Assembly (NCBI RefSeq): GCF_009914755.1
Contig: NC_060937.1
Source of the DNA: the human T2T-CHM13v2.0 reference genome, Homo sapiens
Length of the DNA: 64,000 nt
Strand: one strand, 5' to 3'
The stretch's first letter is position 1, and every line of letters begins with the position of its first letter. Made by a program: the position numbers and the translations under genes. Shown in pieces: positions 1 through 16,321 of the stretch. The notes under the pieces are model-generated. The model was not told the origin of the DNA, searched no databases, and saw only the letters and a program-made list of their open reading frames with translations.

Positions 1-9
1 TCTCTTTTC

Positions 10-208
10 TTTTTTTTATTATGCTTTAAGTTTTAGGGTAAATGTGCACAACATGCAGGTTAGTTACATACATATACATGTGCCATGTTGGTGTGCTGCA
101 CCTAGTAACTCATCATTTAACATTAGGTCTATCTCCAAATGCTAACCCCCACCCCCCCGCCCCACACAGGCCCCAGTGTGCGATGTTCCCCTTCCTGTGT
201 CCATGTGT
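10..208 (-). mobile_element. Heavily 5'-truncated L1PA element (3' UTR only, ~200 bp)
   Basis: Poly-T followed by the reverse complement of the L1PA 3' UTR (ctttaagttttagggta...ccatgtgttc). Candidate TSD tctcttttc at 1-9 and 209-217; the left copy may extend outside the window. Confidence 0.9.
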
Positions 209-424
209 TCTCTTTTCAATTGGCAGATTTTAGTAAATTGATAAAGCTTATAACTTGGGATCAATTCCATTTTACTATAACTTATTTTACTAGAGGCCAA
301 GTTTGGGTTACTCCACTCTTATTATTCCTTTGGAAGATTACTCATCTTTCTACCTTCCTCCCATTGCCTCCTCTTAAATGTGGACCAAATGTAAATCTAT
401 GTCTTCAATATAACCTTAAACCCT

Positions 425-830
425 AGGCAGAGTGATTGGATTCAGGATGGGCAGTTACAACTCTCAGTATTTCTAGCCAGGGTAATTTTTGGCCAGTTCG
501 ACTAGGACAAGCAGCATCCTTACTGGGATTCCTAGGTAAGCAGAATGGAGGGAAATGTGAATTTCTGTAGAGTGCTGAAGCTGAAAGTCATTTGCCAGAA
601 ACCATAAGCTCAGCAAGAAGCAGAAAGTCTATCTCTAATAGGAGACAGAAGATTACATTAACAGAGAAAACCATAGAGTACTGAAACCACCTTCTCCCTA
701 GTCCTAGTTCTCTCTGAGGCTAGCTTCCATTCTACGATACTCAGAGCTTGGTCACACAAACAAGTATATTTCTCTTTTTGCTTAGGTTGGTTCTAGTTGG
801 ATTACTGTCACATGCAAAGAGCACAGAATG
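425..830 (+). mobile_element. Ancient MaLR LTR remnant (MLT1J/K/L-like)
   Basis: ggcagagtgattggattcaggatgggc and the 3' motif ctctttttgcttaggttggttctagttggattactgtcacatgcaa resemble old MLT1 ends. Highly diverged. Confidence 0.45.
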
Positions 831-2179
831 GGTCACGGGTTTTCAGTGCTGCTTAACTAATAAAAGAAGAAATGATGAAAAGAAAATACAATTTTGGATA
901 CAAAATGTGTAGGCCCCTCCAAGAAAATAAAGCACATGTGAAAATAAAGTGGATAAACATAAAATTATGAATGTATAATTTGAAAACTACATGAAGCCTG
1001 TATTTTAACTTTAAAATTACATATAGTTTATTTAGTAAACTATCTACATCATTAATAAAGATGTTCTTACTACTTAATTCTGCCCACCTTTATTTGCCTT
1101 ATAATTATTATATTTAGTATTTTTGTCTTTATTCCTTTATGCAATGGACAATCTTATAGAGAATGTAACAAAAATAATTTATACTTGATATTTATGTAAG
1201 AATTGAAATGAAGGAGTTTTTGTAAAGCTGAGATAAAATAGTCAATGTAGACATATTTATTTGGAAGTAAAATAAAAATACAATGAGCAAAGTTTTTGAA
1301 AATTTAATGCTATGAAACAAAGATCAAAAGAGGGCACTATTTCTCATTGATTTTTTTACTGCTTATGAAGACATTCAAAATATCACACTGGCAAGCTTTA
1401 CTGATTTCTTGCAAAAGTTTGTTGATTTTCTCTAAAGTCTAGTTATATATATTTAAAATTCTGTTGCAAACCTATAATCTACAATTTAAACATAGTATCT
1501 TTTATAATATATGGTAATTGGGTGCTGCTTTACATGTGGTATACATATGTTGTTATCACTATACCCTTAGCAATAATATTTAGATTAGTGGCTTAGAAAC
1601 AAAGTGAGGAGAAAATATATAACCCTATAGAAGTAAAAATGATGTTTACAGATTGTAAGAGCTTGTCATTTATAGTTAGATGTGATTTATAATCTAACCT
1701 AAACACCTTTCATTGCAATTTCACATGAAACAATACATAGAAATTCAAATAAAGGCTGCTATAATTATATCATACTCTAAAGCATTCTCAATATTATATA
1801 TTACAGTCTACATCTTTTCAACTTATTTTTCTTTGATTTTTCAGGCAAATAGAATGCTTTTTATTTCTACACAACTATGATGGTTTTGCTAAATGCTAGT
1901 AAATCTTGAGTCACCATTTTCATTTTCTTTAGTGGGAAAATGCTGTTCCTGGATTATTTTAATTTAGCTACCTCATGTTCTGCCACCACCCTCTTTTCAT
2001 CTCACATTACTGCAAAAACTGTTCCAATCTTTTTATTTCTTTTTAGATAAATTTTGATAACTAAATGTTGACCAGTAGGAATTTTATTATAAGCATGTTA
2101 CATTATAGGTAATTCTTTGGGGTGCCAAAGATACAGAATTACCTACAAAGATATTGTAGGCAATTCTTTGGGGTGCCAA

Positions 2180-3166
2180 AGATACAGGATTCTTTAGGAT
2201 GCCGCTTCACCAGCCAGAGACCTCCATGACCAGTGGCACCTCTCCTTGAGTTTCACTTACCCACTCATCCCACCAGGTTGTGCTTGGCTCACACTACCGG
2301 CCAGGATCCTACACCCGCCATAGGCAAGCTGGGTGTGGAGCGGTGAGGGGTGTGTGCAGAAGCTAGCAAGGGGTCTGGCCATGGTGCACAGACAGGGGAG
2401 CCAGCTGCTGCAGTGGGGCAGGCAGCTCCAGGCTCTGGCACAGATGCTGGCTCTGTGTGAGGCTGTGACTGGAACAGACATGCCACAAATGGCTTCTGCC
2501 TTGGGTCCTGGCACCTGGACAAAGGGAATGTGGTGGCACCTGAAAACTTGGTAATGCCAGCAACCAGCAGAAGCCCCAAGGGGGTGTTATGGCATGTCAC
2601 AGTTGTGGCTCAGGGAGCTCTGAAGTCCGGGGCCCCAGAAGGGTCACAGCCCTTTTCTCCTGTGGTTCAGCAAACAGGAGCATGTCACTGCCTGCAGCTC
2701 TGTGAGCACACCAGGAATGTATTACAGCCCTTGTCTCTCCCATTGTTGTTCAGTGGGTGACAGTTTCTTGTCCCATGTCCAAGAAGAATGGGGTTACGTG
2801 GGCAACTGCAGAGTGAGCAAGGCAATAACGAGTTTTATTGAGCAATGGAATAGCTCTCAGCAAAGAGGGCAACAGAAGTGGATAGCTCCTACCTAAAAGC
2901 AGGTACTCCTTGTGTGTGGCTGCGTCTGGGGTTCTTATGGGCTCAGAATGGGGGGAGTGTGTGCTGATTGGTCCATGGATGGCCTGGAAAAAAGCACCAT
3001 TCAATTGGCTAAAAGGCATGGGGGAAATTCTCACTCTGGTCAGGGACTTTACCTGGAACTAGCAGCTTGATTTTCAAACTTGAATTTGTCTTTGGTTTGA
3101 AAGTCAGGTTTCACATGGGACCCACCCCTATCTGCCTAGGAATTTGTCTGACTCCCACCGCTATCA
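2180..3166 (-). mobile_element. ERV1 solo LTR, LTR27/LTR28/MER52 group (~990 bp)
   Basis: GC-rich island. The minus strand starts TGATAGCGGTGGGAGTCAGACAAATTCCTAGGCAGATAGGGG and has a CCAAT box (gattgg ~2966) and AATAAA (tttatt ~2834). Possible 4-bp TSD tagg. Confidence 0.8.
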
Positions 3167-4150
3167 TAGGTGTGCTGTCATCTACACAAACCATATTAAA
3201 TAATGTGGTCTGAAAACTATAATGCTATTTCAGTAATGGGGCACTGAAAATCAGTTATTGGAGTTACTAAGTATTGAGTCAATATTTAAAGTTAATAATG
3301 AGATTTGGTATAAAGCTTGTTCTGGTTTGAATACCAGTGATACATTGATGAGTTTTGTCAGATACCACAATGACACATAAAAAGAGTATGCCAAAAGTTT
3401 ACTCCTAATACGGTATATTTGTAAAATGGAATATTTACAGAGACATTTTATATCAAACTAATTTTTTAATTAAATCAAAAGCAAATAATTTGAATTATAT
3501 AAGTACAAACAAAATGTAGAAATAAGATATGAGATATTGTCTATGTAGATTTTTGCAGGTATTTTCGTACATAAACATTTAAAAGCATCAGCTATTAAAA
3601 AACAGTTATTAAACTGACATAAAAGCAGACACTGAACATACAAAGAAAATAAGTCCAATGCATAAATTACAAGAATATGACATTTTGTTTATGTTTCTGA
3701 TACATTTCTTGTATATGACATGCCCAGTTTTTTCTCTGAAAATCAAATGTGCCTGAAAAACATTTGCCTGTAAAGTATGTGATCAAGTTTGGTCATTTAA
3801 ACGTTTCCAAGTGTTCCTTTTTCTCTTCTTTATGTTGCTTTTTACAGTTAATGTGTGAAATGTGTAAACTAATGTTTACATAATGTGCTTTATTTAGAAT
3901 TTGATTATTATTTTCTACTCTAAGATAAACTACTTCTTTGGAACCTGGTAATCAATGATCTAGTCACTAATGTAGAAAGACAACAAATAAAATTACCTTT
4001 CATGCATAGATTTAAGATGATGGCTTAGAAAATAATTTTAACTAACGTTTGATGATAAATAAATTTGGTGATAAGAATATCTAATAATAATAATCTTCTT
4101 TCCTGATTCCTTCGTGTTGGCTAAGCAATATGCTAAGCATTTTACACAGC

Positions 4151-4489
4151 CAGGCAGCCCTCCATATCCACAGGTTCTGCTTCTGCAGATTCAATTAACC
4201 ATGGATTGAAAATATTTTAAAAGTAATAATAACAATTAAAATAATACATATAAAAGAACAATACAGTATAACAGCCATTTCCATAGCATTTATATTGCAT
4301 TAGCATTATAAGTAATCTAGAGATAATTTATAATGATTATTTTAAGTAATCTAGAGGTGAAATGAAAGAATGTGCACAGGTTATATGCAAATCCTATGCC
4401 GTTTTATATAAGGGACTTGAGCATCAGTGGATTTTGTTATCCCCAGGGGGTCCTGGAACCAATCCCCGATGGATACTTAGGGACAACTG
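4151..4489. mobile_element. Tigger3a/MER2-family DNA transposon MITE, inserted in a MIR remnant (~4080-4670)
   Basis: Inverted termini caggcagccctccatatcc / ggatacttagggacaactg followed by TA. Internal gggacttgagcatc...ggtcctggaaccaatcccc is typical of the family. Confidence 0.85.
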
Positions 4490-5949
4490 TATTATTTTTT
4501 AAAACATCGTTGTATCTCCTCTGAAGTACATAGTGCTGTCCTCCTTTTCAAGATAATTAAACTATCCTGAGAACTCAATTAGTTCCAGGCTTCCTAGCTA
4601 ATAAGTGGCAAAAAGCAAGGACTAAATTCAAGTGTACTTCATTCTGAAATTCATGTCTTGAATGGCTTCATTGTGGTTCTCAATACAATGTATTATTTTG
4701 AAGCTGATTATTATTACTGTGTTATAGAAAGCTAGTTCTGTAGGAAATCTGTCTAAATGGCAAAACACTAATTAAATGAGAGTTATGCTAGTAAAATTGG
4801 CTATACAGATTTTCTGATTTTAAAAAATATGATGGCATGTTCCTAAGACAGCAAGCATCCCTCTTTCCCAATTCATTGAGTGTTTTTCAATTCCCCCAAC
4901 ATTGTTGTACTCTTTCCTATCCACTTCTCCAGATACAAAAATGAACAATTAAATTATAAATTGAGAACTTCCAACTCTCAGTGCCTATACTTGCATTGGT
5001 ATGGTGCCATATTCAGTTAAAAATGCTTAAGATCATGGCTTGGGTAAATTACAAGCCAATGACACTACTGAATTTGTGAGATAAGTCTGCAAACTGAATT
5101 ATATACCATTGTCATAAATGTTATACCTCTCTGAAAAATCTAAATTACCATGCAGTTTCACTATCTGAAATCTCCCAAACCTTATTCATTTATCAGAATA
5201 AAATTATGTTACAGTTTTTCATTTGTTCATTATGTAACCTTAAATGATCTCAGCTAATCTAGAAGTAGCAGAAGATGGCCAAGTCCAGTTACTCCTCGAT
5301 GATGTAACTAGAAATGAATGATTTCTTTATTTCTAAATGTAGAAATGTAGCCATTTTCTTCATAATGATATAAGGCCAGCTTTGCATACAGACGTTTCTC
5401 TGAATAGACAAATATCCAATGTGAAGAATTGGTACTGAAGTAAAAGTAGGAAACTATAAAGAATGTTGCCATCAATTGTATTGTCTTTCTCTATTTATAT
5501 ATTTATTAAGAATACCAATAGTTTTCTTTAAGGATAAACTTTACATCAACAACATCAGGAAATAAGTGCAAGCGTATAAATAAAATATTTATTGATTTTG
5601 GTTTGATGTCATTTATAATTAGTCTATAAATAAGTGCAATTTGTGATGTATACTAGTTATGATACCTTCATAAGAAAATTTTCTTTCTTCTGACTTGAAT
5701 GATCAATTACTTGGGCCACAGACAGGCTTTTTGATTCATTGAACTACACATCAGCCAAGAGAACAAAGGGCCTTCCTGCCAATTGCCAATAGGCTACTGG
5801 CACACATTTTAATCTTCAGAAAGGTCACTGGCACACTTTTCTGTGACACTTGAGTCACTCCACATGGGAGTGTGACTCCACTTAGATGCAGTTCAAACAC
5901 CCCTAACCAGGCTGATAGAAAGCCCCATCCAGGAGCCACCTCACTCTTT

Positions 5950-6790
5950 AGCAGTCAGGAATATTCCATCTCTCCCGTGATTTCAGTAACCTGTTGGGCT
6001 TCCAGTTAGAATGCCTCTGCCTAAGATCTTCCTGACCTGCCATCTAAATTATTGTTTTCCTCCAGTGGTAGCTTGCGGGAGTATTCAATATCCCATAAAG
6101 CCACTGGGGAAATCTTATAGAACCTCAACGTTATTTTCATGTTCCTCTCCCACTGCTCTAATGAAAGAATCCCTTTTATGTCCCCTCTCTGTGTATATTA
6201 ATCATCCCTAGAAGTCCAAGCCCACCTCACCCCACTCTCCTGTGTTTACCCATGAATACTAACATGCTGACTTTGATACCTCCTGCGTTATGCCATGCTG
6301 TAGCCTATTACGCCCTTTCTCCTTACATCACTTCTTTCCACTGAGCTTTGAGTATCCTAGTCCACAATCAGAAAATTCCTCTGCAGTACCCAAAATCTTC
6401 CCACAAATTTCTTCTATCTGTTTTTCCTAACAGTACTGTTTTTCTTAAGCTGTACGATATCTTATGGTTCATATAAAGCTTATACCTCTCACACATAAAG
6501 TTCTTGTGTTTCCTGCTTCCCAATGTCATTTTTAGACCATTTCTCACCTTCAATCATTTGAAAATCCATGTTTCTTGGAGCTCAAGCAGTCTTATTTTAC
6601 CACTTTTTCTCACCCCTTACTGTATGCTAGAAAACTTTTAATCACATACACAACAATACTTAACTCCTTGCTTCAATTTTCTATTTCAATCCTGCTCACT
6701 CCTTTCAATGATCTTATGATTTACATAAAGGATGCTTCCAACCCTGACTTCAGTACCTTACCTCTTCCTGAACTCCCGTTCAAAACCAAT
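5950..6790 (+). mobile_element. Degenerate L2 LINE, the left part of the host interrupted by the L1; continues at ~12970-13710
   Basis: Pyrimidine-rich sequence resembling the L2 ORF region. An L2-like 3' end (aataaacatttatt...agtgaata) lies near 13680-13710. Confidence 0.45.
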
Positions 6791-7046
6791 TTCGTGTCTA
6801 TTTTCTTTTTTTATTTTTTATTATTTATTTATTTATTTTGTTATTATACTTTAAGTTCTAGGGTACATATGCACAACGTGCAGGCTTGTTACATATGTAT
6901 ACATGTGCCATGTTGGTGTGCTGCACTCATAAATATGTCATTTATATTAGGCATATCTCCTAATGCTATCCCTCCCCACTCCCCCCACCCCATGAAAGGC
7001 CCTGGTGTGTGATATTCCCCACCCTGTGTCCAAGTGTTCTCATTGT

Positions 7047-10823
<3,777 letters not shown>

Positions 10824-10886
10824 TATGATATTAGCTGATTATTTTGCTCGTTAGTTGAAGCAGTTTCTCCCTAGCACTGATGGTCT

Positions 10887-11911
10887 TTACAATTTGGCAT
10901 GTTTTTGCAGTGGCTGGTACTGTTTGTTCCTTTCCATGTTTAGTGCTTCCTTCAGGAGCTCTTGTAAGGCAGGTCTGGTAGTGACAAAATCTCCCAGCAT
11001 TTGCTTGTCTGTAAAGGAATTTATTTCTCCTTCACTTATGAAGCTTAGTTTTGCTGGATTTGAAATTCTGGGGTGAAAATTCTCTGCTTTAAGAATGTTG
11101 AATATTGGCCCCCACTCTCTTCTGGCTTGTAGAGTTTCTGCTGAGAGATCCACTGTTAGTCTGATGGGCTTCCTTTTGTGGGTAACCCGAACTTTCTCTC
11201 TGGCTGCCCTTAACATTTTTTCCTTCATTTTAACTTTGGTGAATCTGACAATTATGTGTCTTGGAGTTGCTCTTCTCAGGGAGTATCTTTGTGGTGTTCT
11301 CTGTATTTCCTGAATTTGAATGCTGGCCTGCCTTGCTAGGTTGGGGAAGTTCTCCTGGATAATATCCTGAAGAGTGTTTTCCAACTTGGTTCCATTCTCC
11401 CCGTCACTTTCAGGTACACCAATCAGACGTAGATTTGTTGTCTTCACATAGTCCCATATTTCTTGGAGGCTTTGTTCATTTCTTTTTACTCTTGTTTCTG
11501 TAAACTTCTCTTCTCGCTTCATTTCATTCATTTGATCTTCAATCACTGATACCCTTTCTTCCAGTTGATCGAATTGGCTACTGAAGCTTGTGCATGCATC
11601 ACGCAGTTCTTATGCCATGGTTTTCAGCTCCATCTGGTCATTTAAGATCTTCTCTACGCTGTTTATTCCAGTTAGTCATTCATCTAATCGTTTTTCAAGC
11701 TTTTTAGCTTCTTCGCACTGGGTTCAAACATCCTCGTTTAGCTCGGAGAAGTTTGTTATTACCGATCTTCTGAAGCCTTCTTCTCTCAACTTGTCAAAGT
11801 CATTCTCTGTCCAGCTTTGTTCCGTTGCTGGCAAGGAGCTGTGTTCCTTTGGAGGAGAAAAGGCTCTCTGATTTTTAGAATTTTCAGCTTTCTGCTCTGG
11901 TTTCTCCCCAT
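10887..11911 (-). pseudogene. L1 ORF1 (RNA-binding chaperone), disrupted
   Basis: ATG at 11911. The ATG-to-stop span is 1025 nt, not a multiple of 3. The C-terminal 219 aa are open (EIWDYVK, LRAAREK, ARREW, QKHAKL). Confidence 0.93.
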
Positions 11912-12501
11912 CTTTGTGGTTTTATCTACCTTTGGTCTTTGATGATGGTGACGTATAGATGGGGTTTTGGTGGGGATGTCCTTTCTGTTTGTTAGTTTTC
12001 CTTCTAACAGTCAGGATCCTCAGGTGCAGGTCTGTTGGAGTTTGCTGGAGGTCCATTCCAGACCCTGTTTGCCTAGGTATCACCAGTGGATGCTGCAGAA
12101 CCGCAAATTTTGCAGAATGGCAAATGTTGCTGCCTTATCTTTCCTCTGGTAGCTTCATCTCACAGGGGCACCTGGCCTTATGAGGTGCCTGTCGGCCCCT
12201 GCTGGGAGGTGTCTCCCAGTTAGGCTAGTTGGGGGTCAGGGACCCATTTGAGGAGGCAGTCTGTCCGTTCTCAGTCTGTCCGTTCTCAGATCTCAAACTC
12301 TGTGCTGGGAGAACCACTACTCTTTTCAAAGCTGTCACACAGGGATATTTAATTCTGCAGAAGTTTCTGCTGCCTTTTGTTCAGCTATGACCTGTCCCCA
12401 GAGGTGGAGTCTACAGAGGCAGGCAGGCCTCCTTGAGCTGTGGTGGGCTCCACCTAGTTCCAGCTTCCCAGCAGCTTTGTTTACCTACTCAAGCCTCAGC
12501 A

Positions 12502-13122
12502 ATGGTGGATGCGCCTCCCCCAGCATTGCTGCTGCCTTGCAGTTCCATCTCAGACTGCTGTGCTAGCAATGAGGGAGGATCCGTGGGCGTGGGACCCTCT
12601 GAGCCATGCATGGGATATAATCTCCTGGTGTGCTGTTTGCTAAGACTGTTGGAAAAGCACAGTATTAGGGTGGGAGTGACCCGATTTTCCAGGTGCTGTC
12701 TGTCACGGCTTCCCTTGGCTAGGAAAGGAAATTCCCTGACCCCTTGCACTTCCTGGGTGAGGCAACACCTTGCCTTGCTTCAGCTCACAGTCCGTGGGCT
12801 GCACCCACTGTCCTGCACCCACTGTCTGACAAGCCCCAGTGAGATGAACCCAGTACCTCAGTTGGAAATGCAGAAATCACCCGTCTTCTGTGTTGCTCAT
12901 GCTCAGAGCTGTAGAGTGGAGCTGTTCCTATTCGACCATCTTGGAACCTCCCTTCCGTGTCTATTTTCTAATGGTTTTTGCTGCAAACAAAACAAAAACC
13001 CTGGAAATTTTCCAAAATCACCTATTCATGTGTTCTACTGTTTCAACAAAACCTCCTATTCCTCCATCTTACAAAGCAATTCTTCAACTTCACCAAGACT
13101 GTCAGTCTTATTTATCCTCTAA
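12502..13122 (+). CDS. Candidate L1 ORF0 (antisense 5'UTR ORF) with a C-terminal read-through extension, 206 aa; expression unknown
   Basis: ATG in strong Kozak context gcaATGG. MVDAPPPALLLPCSSISDCCASNEGGSVGVGPSEP...IRVGVTRFSRC matches ORF0p. No stop until 13122. The track ORF 12433-13122 is in the same frame. Confidence 0.4.
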   Translation: MVDAPPPALLLPCSSISDCCASNEGGSVGVGPSEPCMGYNLLVCCLLRLLEKHSIRVGVTRFSRCCLSRLPLARKGNSLTPCTSWVRQHLALLQLTVRGLHPLSCTHCLTSPSEMNPVPQLEMQKSPVFCVAHAQSCRVELFLFDHLGTSLPCLFSNGFCCKQNKNPGNFPKSPIHVFYCFNKTSYSSILQSNSSTSPRLSVLFIL

Positions 13123-14173
13123 TTTTCATATACTTTATTTGTAGCCCTTAATCTACTTCTCTTCAGCCTAATGCTCTCCCAATTGAGCTATTTCAGCTAG
13201 CTTGGAATTTACTTCTCTTCTTTCCCACTTCTCTAGCTTGGAAAGTATGGTTCAGCATTATAGTCACTATTTTGCAGTTATTATTAAGCATTTTACTTTG
13301 CACTTTGCTGAGAAAACACCAATTTTGGAGCATTCTGTTTCTATGCATACATACTGACACATCTGAGCATTACTTCTTAAAAAAATGCACAATATGGTAG
13401 AATGCCTTTACCTAAAAGCAGGACATTTGGAAAATGAAAACTTCAATATATTCTTAGCCATTTGTGGGATCTCTGCTTAATTCTCTTGTAACCTCTACAT
13501 AAAGACTTAATTCTCTACAGTTTTTCTTGTAATGATATTTTGATGATGTGTCCCTTGCTGTATTTTTTCTTGCTTCTCCCACATCCAATCCATCATATGT
13601 CTACAAGATTTAATTTCCTAAATAAATTCCTTATCTATTCACCTAAAACATAGTTAGGATACAGTATATATTTAATAAACATTTATTCATTTATTTAATA
13701 AGTGAATACATTTAATCATTCCTGAAATATTTTTATTCCAATTTTCTGATTGATAGGTATAACTGTTGTAAGTCTCAACCTGCATGACTCAGTATGGAAT
13801 ATGATTTAAGCCAAGACAGCATAATCTGTGCATCTTTTAAAAAGTTTTAAAATTCAACAATTTGCTTGTCTCTCTCAAACTCTGTGAGCTACAGTTGAAC
13901 AATACTTATTATAATTTCTTTCATCAGTGCCTACATAGTCTGTAAACAATGCACACATTTACAGCTACCTCTAGAAGTTCCCTAAATCTTTCCCCTTTGA
14001 AAAGTTACTATGACCTTGCCCTACCCTATGAACTTCCCTTGTTTATCTTGTATAGATAAACATACATACACAAATATAAGGTTTTGGCATGCAATTCCAT
14101 TAAACTGTGGTAAAAGATAACCTGTATGAGTTTCCTTTTTTTTGTGTTGTATCCTTTGCTTGAAAAAAGAGAA

Positions 14174-14198
14174 TGTGTGTGTGTGTGTGTGTGTGTAT

Positions 14199-14229
<31 letters not shown>

Positions 14230-14254
14230 CAAGAGAGAAAAAGAGAGAGAGAGA
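14174..14254. repeat. Compound microsatellite (TG)n(GA)n
   Basis: Directly visible. Confidence 0.95.
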
Positions 14255-14592
14255 ATGGTTTCTGCCTGGTCAAGTTTATAATCTGATTTAATTATTTGCA
14301 AAAAAAATAAGGCTACGTAGTGTTAGAAAAGGCTTTTAGATCATGTTACTTAAATATTTTATCTATTGCTTTCAAAAAACCATGCTTTAAATGCATCTGT
14401 TATGATTGTGTATTGGACATTTTCTGTATATTTATGCTATCTTTTGTACTTTTCAAATATATATCATTGTGCACACAATGATTCATTATTTTTTAATCTC
14501 CATGGTTTTAATTTTTATCAAAACAAAGTATTTCCATCTGTTAACTTTTCTGCTTTTGGTTTGGCATTCTGTTTATTTTATTATCAATATGA

Positions 14593-14894
<302 letters not shown>

Positions 14895-16321
14895 GATCTT
14901 TTTATTTGTTAAAAAAATAGTAAACATTTTACATCTTGCTGTTAAAACAACTTTTTCTGTTATATTTATTTTATCTATGTCTTTGGTTTATAGGACATTG
15001 TTGGTGAATTTCATTCTTATATCAGGCTCTGCTTTATAAATGGGGATATTCGTCCATTTGAACATCTGGAGTAAGTGATATATTTGGTGTTATTTCTAAT
15101 TAGAAGCATAATTAAAGAAATAGATTTACAATGTAAACAAAATTCACGTTTTCAATTTATTCTCCTTTTTTTCATTTTCTTTAATGTATTTACTCATTTC
15201 TGCTTTTTGTTTGATCAATTGTTGTTATTATCATTTTTCTTCTACTTTCCTATGGTGATATAGAATACATCCATACTTTTTGTGGGAAATCTAATGATTA
15301 CTCATAAGTTGTTAATATTAAAATGCATACTTTTCTGTCTTTGTGAAGAATTAATCTCTGGCTAAATAGGGGAAGAACACAACATGACATTAACCACACA
15401 AAATATTTTCTACATGTTATTGTAAAATTTTTATTATTGATATTTTAATCATAAATACATTCATAACTTACCAATATCATCACCTTCAACAGTGAGATCA
15501 TCTGGATTTTACATTCACACAATTTTAAGCATATGTTAGCAATCACTTAGACAATCCATAATCATTGTTTATTTAAAAATAAAAATACATAAATCATAAA
15601 TTATTTGTCAACTAATTTTATTTTTCATACCTTTTTCTTATTTGAAATCATACTTTTTTACTGAAATATGATTTTTTGTAATATACTTTCCACAATTGTT
15701 GTTTTGTAGTTAAACTTTTGCCAATCTATGTCAAAAATGTTCTGATTTAATGCTAGTTTTTCTGGATTGATGGATCAATGGTCAAAATAAATTTTGCTCA
15801 GAACTTTGAAATTGTTACCTTGGTTTTCCTAGTAAACTGTGTTAAAACAAGGTCTCTACAATGTCTCACTCCAATCTGTCATTGATTTCATAGAGTTTTT
15901 ACTTTAATTTGTATTTCTTCTTTTATGTTCTGTTTTTTAAATTTTATTTTTTTTGTTCCTCACTCTAAGAATGTATATTCCAGATAAACAACTTTATAAC
16001 CTGTACTTAATTTTTTACTAACCCCTTCAAAGAATTTAATTTTTTCAAGGAATATTCTTATAACTAACAGGTTTTAAATTTATATATACAATATTCTATC
16101 AAATTTATTAATAAAGAGCAGTGTTGAATTATTTTAAAGCTTTTTCTGTTATCCGAATTATGGTATTTATATGTAATCAATTGCTTTATTTTGGTTCTTT
16201 TTAAAATTATTACTTATTCTCAAATGTCTGGCAAGCATTATTGACTCTCTGATCACATAAATGAATAAATGACTTTTTCACATTGGTGATACAGTGGTGA
16301 GCTTGTCTTCCACAAATAAAT

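Noticed and set aside
2257-3034. Cluster of short ORFs on both strands
   Set aside because: They lie within the GC-rich LTR, where stops are rare. No domain is recognisable.
5845-5880. AP-1 motif and short inverted repeat (gagtcactcc...ggagtgtgactc)
   Set aside because: Too short and imperfect to distinguish from chance without chromatin data.
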